Of a DNA stretch of 21,261 bases, positions 1-9,007 are shown piece after piece. Source of the stretch: Myxococcota bacterium. GTDB lineage: Bacteria > Myxococcota > SpSt-1050. Below the pieces are notes generated by a model. That model worked only from the letters and a program-made list of their open reading frames with translations, was not told the origin of the DNA and searched no databases. The first letter of the stretch is position 1; each line of letters begins with the position of its first letter. The stretch covers positions 1 through 21,261 of the forward strand of contig JBMFOP010000054.1 in the NCBI GenBank assembly GCA_049969675.1, in the 5' to 3' direction. Made by a program: the position numbers and the translations under genes.

Positions 1-82
1 GTTTTTATATGAGATTGATGGAAATGGAATCGAGGATCACTGGCATTGAATATTCAGATGCGACCTCTATAATAGATGAACA

Positions 83-397
83 TTACAGGGGTTTTGACAG
101 ATTCATTGAAATGAAGATAGAAAAAGGAAGGATAAAAGGAATAAAAAGGAACACTGGAAAGAACATAATGAAAGCAAAGGTGATTACCCTTTTCAGATTC
201 TCAATATCAGGTTTTATGAGAATGAGAGAGAAAAGAATTGAGAGAATCATCATACCGATTCCCACTATCTTTTCTATTGGTAGTATCAGTAAAGAAAAGA
301 ACATTATAAAGGAGTATACCACCCTTGTTACTGGCAAAGTCTTTAGAATATGACCAGAACTTCTTCCCCAGACCTCAAGGAACAAATTACAGCTCAT
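83..397 (-). pseudogene. Truncated ECF transporter transmembrane T component (CbiQ/EcfT-like), N-terminal part only
   Basis: 104-aa hydrophobic ORF whose start overlaps the methyltransferase stop by 4 nt. The N-terminus (EVWGRSSGHILKTLPVTRVV, then TM helices) resembles the start of EcfT/CbiQ, and it sits in an operon with an S component. It ends well short of the usual ~250 aa and lacks the C-terminal X-R-X coupling motifs. Confidence 0.45.
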
Positions 398-1002
398 CTC
401 TTCTCTGCGATTATTAAAAAGTGTTCATTGTCATCTTCAAGAGATATTATCTCAAAACCATATCGTTTTATCTGGTGTGAAATTTCTTTAGCAGGGAGGA
501 GGATATCTTTATTGACCACACTATCAATATTTCTGTGTATCTCGTTAATTCTCTCTCTCCCATGAGTATGCCATATTATAAATCTACCACCCCTTTTTAG
601 TATCCTTTTGATATTTAGAATCGCTCTTTCTGTATCATCTATATGTGGCCAGACCGAATAACAAATTACATAATCACAGGAGTTCTCCTCAATATCAACT
701 TTCTCAATTGGAGATACAAACCAATTTACTCTTTTGTCGTATATCTTGTTCTTTGCAAGATCTATCATCTTCTCTGATATATCCACTGCCAATATCTTCC
801 CGTCATTTGATAGATGTTGAAGTAATATCAGAGTCAAATTCCCTGTCCCGCAGCCCACATCAACCACAATTGAATTTTCTGGAATATTGAACGAACAGAT
901 GCCTCTTCTTAGTGTGTTAAATAACATCTCTCTATCATCAACAAACTCATCCCAGTTGTGTGCAATGCTATTAAAATAATCTGCCTTTGCTTTATAGTTC
1001 AT
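394..1002 (-). CDS. Class I SAM-dependent methyltransferase (Methyltransf_11/25-like)
   Basis: Motif I VVDVGCGTG, motif II LAVDISEKMI, DYVICYSVWPH, LKRGGRFII, and a His-containing tail HTHGRERINEIH. AGGAG RBS upstream. Confidence 0.9.
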   Translation of the reverse strand: MNYKAKADYFNSIAHNWDEFVDDREMLFNTLRRGICSFNIPENSIVVDVGCGTGNLTLILLQHLSNDGKILAVDISEKMIDLAKNKIYDKRVNWFVSPIEKVDIEENSCDYVICYSVWPHIDDTERAILNIKRILKRGGRFIIWHTHGRERINEIHRNIDSVVNKDILLPAKEISHQIKRYGFEIISLEDDNEHFLIIAEKR

Positions 1003-1022
1003 CTCTCATCTCCTCTTTTTTC

Positions 1023-1526
1023 TCATCTTCTGGTTAGTCTTACAACTGCAGGCACAATCAGCAGGATTAAAATTAATCCGGGCCATCCACTTAAAAATGA
1101 AACACCTGCTAAAAATTTGGCTGGTAACTTCATAAATATTGAAAACAGATATACCAGTCCTACATACATTGCCCTTCCAAGTAGAAGAATGGGTACAAGA
1201 AATATCCATTCATTAGATTTTGGGAATCTATGATATAAAATAGATATTAGTGCAGTCATTATTGACAACTCTATTGACATAAAAATTGCTATTGGAGGGT
1301 AAATAGGTGGCATCCCCGTGGCTAAAGATGAAAGAAGTGGCACTATCAATGAGGTTAGGGCGGCCGAAAGAGGTTTCACATAGAATGCGAGGGCAATAAG
1401 GGGGAGATACATAGGCATAAATATATGTCCGAGCCTTATGACGTGGAATATTACCGGCATAAGTAAAGCCAATGCGCCGAAAAGTCCACAATAAGCGAGT
1501 TCCAATGAATATCTATTCTGGTTCAT
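1023..1526 (-). CDS. ECF transporter substrate-specific S component
   Basis: 167 aa with about 5-6 TM helices. N-terminal GLFGALALL (AxxxA-like), IFHVIRLGHIFMPMYLP and TGMPP motifs typical of the 'FH..G..FLPM' S-component group. Confidence 0.8.
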   Translation of the reverse strand: MNQNRYSLELAYCGLFGALALLMPVIFHVIRLGHIFMPMYLPLIALAFYVKPLSAALTSLIVPLLSSLATGMPPIYPPIAIFMSIELSIMTALISILYHRFPKSNEWIFLVPILLLGRAMYVGLVYLFSIFMKLPAKFLAGVSFLSGWPGLILILLIVPAVVRLTRR

Positions 1527-3373
1527 ATCCCTATCCTCAGTCCCAATAATGCATTTATTCCGGGCATAGGGTAATCCTTTATATACTCATTCTCTATATC
1601 AAGCAAGTTTCTTATAATTAAATACAAATTTATTGGAACTTTGAATGTATTAATATCTGTTCCAGAGAAGAAATCTACAAAGAATACATCTTTCATAGGA
1701 CCTCTGGAATAATTATTCTCATATAGCCCCGATACATATTCCATTGATAGACCAAACTTGTAGAGATTGTTTTTTAGTTCACCTCTGTATATGAAGCCTA
1801 TATTGAGTTTTCTGGATGGATTCTGCTTTGTATATCTGCCTACATCCTGTATATCGTATGAAATGTTAAGACTCATACCAAGAGGATTATTTAATCCGAT
1901 ATTTGCCTCAAGTCCCGGGACCTCATATTCATCAATATTTACAACCTCGGCAGTGGGCCATGCCCCAAAATACTTTATTAGATTCTTTGCATAAGTTTTG
2001 TAGTATGTGATTTCTGTATTAAATGTACCGTCATTATATCCAAGAGAGATATCTCTATTTAAGGAGGTCTCTGGCTTGAGATCGGGATTTGCAACCGGGA
2101 AAGGGAGATATAGCTCTCTGATTGTGGGCTGTCTAAAATTTTTTGATATCCTTGTTCTAAAGTATAGATCTGTATAAAAATTGTATAATAAGCCAAACTG
2201 ATAAAGAAAGAAATCCTGATATGTAGGACTATAATGTTCTCTTAGACCAGCCTGTATAGATAATTTGAATGGTAATCTCAATACTGTCTGGTTATATATT
2301 GCATATCCAGAGAGGTCTTTTCTGTCTGATTGATATCCTGAAATAATGTTCTCTGCAGAACCCCCACTATTAATAGACGAGATGCCAAAGGTGCTTTGAA
2401 TATAGTTTATAAATTTTATATTAATTTCTGTAATCAACCCAGCCGCATAATCGTATGAGCGAAAACCATCATAAAGCCTGTGTTCACCGCCATTTATAAA
2501 CGGGATAATACTTGTTTTGATATTCTCTCTCTCATATTCCAGTTTCAAATGAAAATTATTTCTATATACATTGTAAAAATGATTTATGAATGGATGTGGT
2601 GCCGGTCCGGGGTCATACCCATCAATTGATACAAATTTTTCAAATAGAGAAACTCTTAATTTGTCATTTATCTCGTATTGAGTCGTTGCACCTATGACAT
2701 TGGTTGTTCCGCCTGCATAGTCCCTGTGCCCATCAGAGTTTATATGGGATATTGCGATATTGTATGAGAGCCCTGTGGTTCTAATGGAGAGGATAATTCT
2801 ATTTCGCAAAGTATTAAAACTCCCTATTGCTGTGTCAGTTTGGAGTTCAGCCCCCGCATCTCTCTTGAAGTAAGGATTTAGTATTATGACTGCACCCATT
2901 GCATTGCTTCCATATCTGACAGAATCACCACCTTTAATAACCTCAACAGAGGAGATCAATTCTGGAACATATGCGTCCGGGATAGGATGACCGAATATTC
3001 CCTGATAATCGGGAATACCATCTTCCACGACGAGGACCTGAGTGTTTGGTGAACCACCAAGTCCCCTCACACTAATCCCTCCGGATGCCCCTGAGGATAT
3101 TCCGTGGAATCCAGACTTGCTGGATGTAACATAGATATCGGAAGAGAACTGTGAGATTGTCTCAAGTAATGTCCCTCGTGAAGAGTTCAGAATATCTTCC
3201 CCTTTAATCTTTACAGTATCTGCTGTCCCACCGAGGTCATTACCCTTCTTTTCTTTTATTGTAGTTGTGAATTCCACGGAAGGCTTATCTTCTATCTCCT
3301 CTAATTCAACATCGGGGACAACATAAAAAGGTAGGTAAAAATAAAGAAGAAATATGCTTACAAAACCGGTCAT
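1523..3373 (-). CDS. TonB-dependent outer membrane receptor
   Basis: Plug motifs ISVRGLGG...VLVVEDGIP and VEVIKGGDSVRYGSNAMGAVI; barrel motifs FRQPTIRELY, NPDLKPETS and IRNLLD; amphipathic final strand LLGLRIGI. Confidence 0.93.
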   Translation of the reverse strand: MTGFVSIFLLYFYLPFYVVPDVELEEIEDKPSVEFTTTIKEKKGNDLGGTADTVKIKGEDILNSSRGTLLETISQFSSDIYVTSSKSGFHGISSGASGGISVRGLGGSPNTQVLVVEDGIPDYQGIFGHPIPDAYVPELISSVEVIKGGDSVRYGSNAMGAVIILNPYFKRDAGAELQTDTAIGSFNTLRNRIILSIRTTGLSYNIAISHINSDGHRDYAGGTTNVIGATTQYEINDKLRVSLFEKFVSIDGYDPGPAPHPFINHFYNVYRNNFHLKLEYERENIKTSIIPFINGGEHRLYDGFRSYDYAAGLITEINIKFINYIQSTFGISSINSGGSAENIISGYQSDRKDLSGYAIYNQTVLRLPFKLSIQAGLREHYSPTYQDFFLYQFGLLYNFYTDLYFRTRISKNFRQPTIRELYLPFPVANPDLKPETSLNRDISLGYNDGTFNTEITYYKTYAKNLIKYFGAWPTAEVVNIDEYEVPGLEANIGLNNPLGMSLNISYDIQDVGRYTKQNPSRKLNIGFIYRGELKNNLYKFGLSMEYVSGLYENNYSRGPMKDVFFVDFFSGTDINTFKVPINLYLIIRNLLDIENEYIKDYPMPGINALLGLRIGI

Positions 3374-3378
3374 CAGAA

Positions 3379-3840
3379 TTAATGTCCATAAGGACCGGGG
3401 ACCGTAAAGTCCTGGTCAACAGCGTCCGGGGTGATTTCGATTATATAACTCTCTCCGCGTTCAAATCTGTATTCAGTTCTCGTCATATAATTGTACCAGA
3501 GAGGTTCTTTAGAAATGATATCTGTATCTGCATTTGGAGTACCACCATCACAGAGACATAAACCATCAAGATTTCCATATTCAGTTTGAGTCTGACAGTA
3601 CTTTTCAAGATTAATTCTCTTAAATGTCACCCTGAAGTTGCCCGGGAGGCAGTGCATAGGGGCTGTCGCCTTTTCATATCCAACAACCCCTTCATATATG
3701 CAACCACCTGCCGAGATATCCTTCATCATAAAAGCGGGACCTAATTTGTTTATTACAACAACCTCAGGGTACATATCAGAACACCCCGAGAACCCGGCAA
3801 AAATAATTAACAAAGTGAATAAACGCCTTATTTCAGACAC
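3379..3840 (-). CDS. Hypothetical Cys-rich lipoprotein
   Basis: GTG start, signal peptide with lipobox FSG-C20, five more Cys including CLC, C-terminal PGPYGH. Overlaps the upstream gene by 13 nt and ends 5 nt before the TonB receptor start. Confidence 0.75.
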   Translation of the reverse strand: MSEIRRLFTLLIIFAGFSGCSDMYPEVVVINKLGPAFMMKDISAGGCIYEGVVGYEKATAPMHCLPGNFRVTFKRINLEKYCQTQTEYGNLDGLCLCDGGTPNADTDIISKEPLWYNYMTRTEYRFERGESYIIEITPDAVDQDFTVPGPYGH

Positions 3841-4373
3841 TGTGTATTCTGTGTCCTCTCTGAATAGGGCTTAAAGTTATATTCAGGGTAGAGTTGAAGT
3901 ATTTTATTATATAATTCTTCAGGAATGGGTTTCACACCCTCTGGTGGACAGGGTCCCTGATGATTTGGGGCATTGATATTTATTACCCTGTGCTGTCCCT
4001 TTACTACCTCTTCCTCATTCTTACTGGCTATTGGTAGGCAATGTTCAGGGTTGCAGTCGGGGTCATTCCACGCAGCTACCATTAATACATAATCAAGACC
4101 AGCCTCTACTTCTTTCTCATCACTTGTTTCTCCAAGCCCAATCTTTCCAAACTCCACTCCTCTGTAATTTGCCTTGCATATGGTCCATGGTGGTCTTCTT
4201 TCCATCTCAGGGTTGTTGAAATCGTTTTTAATCTTAACATAGGCGGTATTCTGTACTAGATTACCCGTGTCCAGAGTATCGCTGACATCTGAACCACCAC
4301 CCTCATCGCTATTACACCCAGCAATCCATAGAAATGTAAGTAAAATAACTGAAACAAAAAATACCTTTCTCAT
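3828..4373 (-). CDS. Hypothetical Cys-rich lipoprotein
   Basis: Strong RBS AAGGAGG, lipobox IAG-C20, acidic/Gly-Ser linker, five more Cys (CNPEHC, NHQGPCPP). First gene of the operon. Confidence 0.85.
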   Translation of the reverse strand: MRKVFFVSVILLTFLWIAGCNSDEGGGSDVSDTLDTGNLVQNTAYVKIKNDFNNPEMERRPPWTICKANYRGVEFGKIGLGETSDEKEVEAGLDYVLMVAAWNDPDCNPEHCLPIASKNEEEVVKGQHRVININAPNHQGPCPPEGVKPIPEELYNKILQLYPEYNFKPYSERTQNTQCLK

Positions 4374-4386
4374 AAATTACCTCCTT

Positions 4387-4427
4387 GTGCCTATCTTTTA
4401 GTGGCACGAATATGATAATTATAGCAC
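4387..4427. promoter_or_regulatory. Putative repressor operator (GTGCY half-sites)
   Basis: GTGCC (4387-4391)-N11-GGCAC (4403-4407) inverted repeat just upstream of the RBS, plus TAGCAC (4422-4427) overlapping the -10 and directly repeating TGGCAC (4402-4407) at 20 bp. Confidence 0.45.
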
Positions 4428-4444
4428 AAATCTGACTTTGTCAA
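4418..4444 (-). promoter_or_regulatory. sigma70-type promoter of the uptake operon
   Basis: Minus strand reads TTGACA (4444-4439), a 15-nt spacer ending in TGC (extended -10 TGn), then TATAAT (4423-4418), about 45 nt upstream of the start codon. The spacer is shorter than canonical. Confidence 0.7.
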
Positions 4445-4563
4445 GCTTAAATAATAAGATGAGTTCATTGTATCTTTTCTACAAAGTCTCTTGTAATAAA
4501 ATCTGAGGGCATCCAAAATGTATAATAGATAATCCGCAGGTTTAAGATTTATGCCTGATTTGG

Positions 4564-4650
4564 TGCGTAAAGCATTACGCAGTGGTCTTAAAATTACACG
4601 ATTTTTTTTTAAGGTCTGTGTAAGACAACCTTAAAAATAATGCGTGATTT
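4564..4650. repeat. Intergenic inverted repeats
   Basis: TGCGTAA-agca-TTACGCA (4564-4581). TTTTTAAGGT (4606-4615) / ACCTTAAAAA (4628-4637) with outer imperfect arms AAATTAC (4591-4597) / GTGATTT (4644-4650). Confidence 0.6.
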
Positions 4651-4663
4651 CAATAGATTACCC

Positions 4664-4683
4664 ATTGTGTCCTTTGTCACAAT
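4664..4683. promoter_or_regulatory. CRP/Rex-like palindrome upstream of pssA
   Basis: ATTGTG-tcctttgt-CACAAT. This is TGTGt-N6-TCACA (one mismatch to the CRP box) and has TTGTG-N8-CACAA (Rex) geometry. Confidence 0.4.
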
Positions 4684-4730
4684 CTGGCATAGCAGTTGAC
4701 TAGCTCATATGGCTTCTTTAAGAGAGGAGA

Positions 4731-5501
4731 GTGGTGAAGAAGAGAATACATATTATATATATCCTTCCAAATCTATTTACAATATCAAGCCTTGTGCTTG
4801 GAATTTATGCGATTATTTCAGCATCTATTGGAACGGTGCAGGGACTTATAAATGCAGCGATTGCGATATGTTTTTCTATCCTCTTTGACTCTATGGATGG
4901 AAGGGTTGCCAGACTTACAAAGACAGAGAGCCTCTTTGGGATGCAGCTTGATTCGCTCGCTGACCTTGTGGCATTTGGAGTTGCCCCGGCATTTCTGCTC
5001 TATAAATGGGATCTTTATAATGTGGGGATCCTCGGTATTGCAGCGGCTGCGATGTTTGCTACCTGTGGTGCTTTAAGGCTTGCCAGATTTAATGTAATAG
5101 CCCTTAAGAATTCAAAACAGTCATCAGAATACTTCATTGGATTGCCGATTCCGGGCGGTGCCGGTATTGTGGTCTCGCTCTTTCTTACGATGAACCATTC
5201 ATTTAATTTAGTAGAGCCAAACACTCTAAATACACCGGTTAATATGGTGATTTTTTCTGCGATTATCTCATACCTGATGGTTAGCAACATCAGATATCCT
5301 ACATTCAAGCATGTCAGGCCGACACCCAGGAACTTCTCATTTACGGTTTTGATTCTGATTGCGACTGTGTATGTATCAGTTGTTATAAATCTTCCTGTAG
5401 CGCTCTTCTCTCTAATAAGTATTTATACGCTCCTCGGTCCGGTTATGGAGATTATGTTTTATAAGAAGAGAAAGGGAGAGGTTATTAAAGAAGAGTATTA
5501 G
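4731..5501 (+). CDS. pssA: CDP-diacylglycerol--serine O-phosphatidyltransferase
   Basis: LPNLFT start, CDP-alcohol phosphotransferase motif DSMDGRVAR...FGMQLDSLAD, LRLARFN, FIGLPIP, LMVSNIRY. GAGGAG RBS before the GTG. Confidence 0.93.
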   Translation: MVKKRIHIIYILPNLFTISSLVLGIYAIISASIGTVQGLINAAIAICFSILFDSMDGRVARLTKTESLFGMQLDSLADLVAFGVAPAFLLYKWDLYNVGILGIAAAAMFATCGALRLARFNVIALKNSKQSSEYFIGLPIPGGAGIVVSLFLTMNHSFNLVEPNTLNTPVNMVIFSAIISYLMVSNIRYPTFKHVRPTPRNFSFTVLILIATVYVSVVINLPVALFSLISIYTLLGPVMEIMFYKKRKGEVIKEEY

Positions 5502-5531
5502 TGCCCTCATGTGTTATAGGCTCCTCCTTGG

Positions 5532-5580
5532 CTGGCAAGAGCCCATCCCCAAATTGGCTCTTGCCAGTTTTTTTTTTTTT
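5532..5580 (+). terminator. Rho-independent terminator after pssA
   Basis: 12-bp perfect stem CTGGCAAGAGCC (5532-5543) / GGCTCTTGCCAG (5556-5567) followed by 13 T. Confidence 0.9.
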
Positions 5581-5630
5581 ATTGTTAAAGCCGTTTTTCA
5601 TTGTAAATAAGCCCTTTTTATAATATTTAA

Positions 5631-7112
<1,482 letters not shown>

Positions 7113-7454
7113 AAATATATTCTCTCCGAAAATTAACACCTCTTATAAGTAGGGTTCATCGGAATTTCTAATTGGTAATCCTTTAGTTCACCTAAGTCAA
7201 AAAATTGTATTCTTAGCAGGGAGAAGTAACAAATATACAAAAGAGTTGCAAGGCACTTGAAAGACGCAGACGAACGAGGCTGAGCCTTTTGTTTGAACAG
7301 AGTAAAGGGAAGAATTGGCTCATTCATTTATATTTATAAACTTTTAGCATTGGGATAAGAACCATTCAGGTTAAAATAGACTTTGAGGGTGTTGGAGACA
7401 TACTTATGTTACCATTAAAAAACCCAATGAGCCTTTGTATAAATCAGATTTTTC

Positions 7455-7483
7455 TTGACCGGTTTTCTGGCTTACTATATCTT
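7455..7483 (+). promoter_or_regulatory. Possible sigma70 promoter of the relic defence operon
   Basis: TTGACC (7455-7460)-17 nt-TATCTT (7478-7483). Confidence 0.4.
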
Positions 7484-7541
7484 GCACTGAACAGGGTATA
7501 TAAGAATTCTTAATAATGCCTTACAGGATTTGATAAAAATG

Positions 7542-8008
7542 AGTATGCAAAATACCGACCTTACATTTATAACAAATGAACCTGGACAGACCCTTAAAGA
7601 GAGATTTGAAGTGCTGATTAAGGACTCGTGCCTTTTTGACTGCCTGGTGGGTTATTTTTATACAAGTGGGTTTTATGCCATTTATAAGTCCCTTGGGAAG
7701 ACTCAAAAGATGAGGGTTCTTATAGGAATTGCTACATCAAGAGAGACATATGATTCAATCAAAACTGCAGAAAATGAGGATAGGCATACTCAACTTTCTC
7801 ATACTGAGGCAAAAGAGGTATTTGAAAATCTGGTTGAAAAAGAGGAGGATTTGCAAAGAAATAATATCAAATTTCCCGAAGTAGAAGATCCAAAACCACT
7901 ATATTATCAACTGAATGAAGAAGAAGACAAAATTTTTATGGAGACTATTAGATTGATTGCGCAGGAATTTACCTATGCTCGTTATACTCCTTTACTTTAT
8001 TTAAATGA
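7542..8008 (+). pseudogene. Internally deleted remnant of a PLD-helicase gene (same family as 14804-18163)
   Basis: The first ~100 aa (FITNEPGQTLKERF...LVGYFYTSG...MRVLIG) align by eye to the N-terminus of the 1119-aa protein (FITNCPTRQLKNRM...LVGFFYFSG...LKVLVG). Near 7845 it jumps in frame to PEVEDPKPLYYQLNEEEDKIF...ARYTPLLY, matching residues ~505-560 (RVSDPQEWLFELSKEQSQFY...AIYRPFEY). HKD and Walker motifs are lost. Confidence 0.85.
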
Positions 8009-8357
8009 AATTCTGACATCCAAACTATGATTATGATTTTTCAAAGGGATAATAAAACTGAAAATTATAGAATTGATTTCAGGCGACTATTAACTGATAA
8101 TGTTAAACTAGAAGATATTGAAGATTTATTAAATAGAAAGCCAAATTCTAAAATTGAATACCTTTCTCCCATTATAAAGAGAAAGGACTTTGACCATTCC
8201 TAGACCTTGTAGATCAAATCCTCTCCCTCACCAATCCAAGGATTATATGGAAAATCAAGAAAAGCAACAAAAGGTTAAACAACTTGAAAAAGATATTGAC
8301 TATTTAATTTATAACTTGTATGATCTTCCCTATGAAGAGATAAAGACAATTGAATGA
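8009..8357 (+). pseudogene. Two fragments of a Type IIG-like RM methyltransferase gene
   Basis: 8009-8203 reads NSDIQTMIMIFQRD..., equivalent to VFEQTVDTNIILFQKE in the intact gene. 8194-8357 reads PFLDLVDQILSLT-[1-nt frameshift near 8233]-KDYMENQEKQQKVKQLEKDIDYLIYNLYDLPYEEIKTIE*, the typical Type IIG C-terminal 'ID.L.Y.LY.L..EEI..IE' helix. Confidence 0.8.
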
Positions 8358-8365
8358 GGAAAATT

Positions 8366-8677
8366 ATGAAGAAAAAACCTGATGAAATTATTGAGATTTT
8401 AATTAGGCACAAACAAGAACTCAAAGAAAAATTTGGTATTATTAAAATAGGAGTTTTTGGTTCTTTTGTAAAGGGGAAGGAAACTAAAAAAAGCGACATT
8501 GATATTTATGTAGAGCTTGATATTGAAAAAGTCACGCTTTCAAAGTATCTGGAGCTTGTAGCATACCTTGAATCACTGTTCGGCAGGAAAGTAGATATTC
8601 TTACAAGAGATAGCGTTGAGACCATAAGAATTCCACATATCAAAGAAGGAATAAAGAAAGAGATTATCTATGCGTAG
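8366..8677 (+). CDS. Minimal nucleotidyltransferase (MNT/MntA-type antitoxin)
   Basis: GVFGSFVKG...SDIDIYV (GSx10DxD), LESLFGRKVDIL. GAGGA RBS at 8356-8360 favours ATG 8366 (alternative 8354). Overlaps the HEPN gene start. Confidence 0.9.
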   Translation: MKKKPDEIIEILIRHKQELKEKFGIIKIGVFGSFVKGKETKKSDIDIYVELDIEKVTLSKYLELVAYLESLFGRKVDILTRDSVETIRIPHIKEGIKKEIIYA

Positions 8678-9007
8678 AACTGATAAAGAATTTCTAATGG
8701 ATATCCTTGAAGCATTAAGAAGGATAAATAAATATGTGCGTGGTTTAAAATATGAAGATTTTTTAAATGATGATGAAAAACAAGATGAAGGAATATTGAA
8801 GTAATTGGAGAAGCTGCAAAGAATATTTCTATTAAACTAAAAGAAAAATATCCTGGTATAAATTGGAAAGATATGTCTGGAATGCGTGATAAACTAATAC
8901 ACTTTTATTTTGGTGTTAGATTGGAAATAGTCTGGATTGTTGCTACAAAGGAGATTGCAGAACTTGAAGATAAAATAGAGAAAATTTTAAAAAACGAAGA
9001 CAAATAA
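8670..9007 (+). pseudogene. HEPN/DUF86 (HepT-like) ribonuclease toxin, frameshifted
   Basis: MRRTDKEFLMDILEA...FLNDDEKQD, frameshift near 8787 (premature TAA at 8802-8804), then RNIEVIGEAAKNIS...WKDMSGMRDKLIHFYFGVRLEIVW... in another frame. The RxxxxH motif (RDKLIH) is present. Confidence 0.88.

Noticed and set aside
9..353. 114-aa plus-strand ORF as a complete gene
   Set aside because: Most of it is the antisense shadow of the hydrophobic minus-strand gene; only the first ~35 codons may belong to a real upstream gene.
4374..4730. Cobalamin riboswitch upstream of the TonB receptor operon
   Set aside because: No B12-box or conserved core visible, and the best promoter leaves only a ~40-nt leader. 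No Rfam scan was run.
7165..7200. Resemblance of TTTCTAAT...GTTCACCTA to 14549-14573, upstream of both helicase genes (possible att or shared site)
   Set aside because: Only short matches with different spacing in AT-rich DNA; compatible with chance.
7133..7327. 64-aa minus-strand ORF after guaB
   Set aside because: No clear RBS or recognisable motif; at most decayed sequence.
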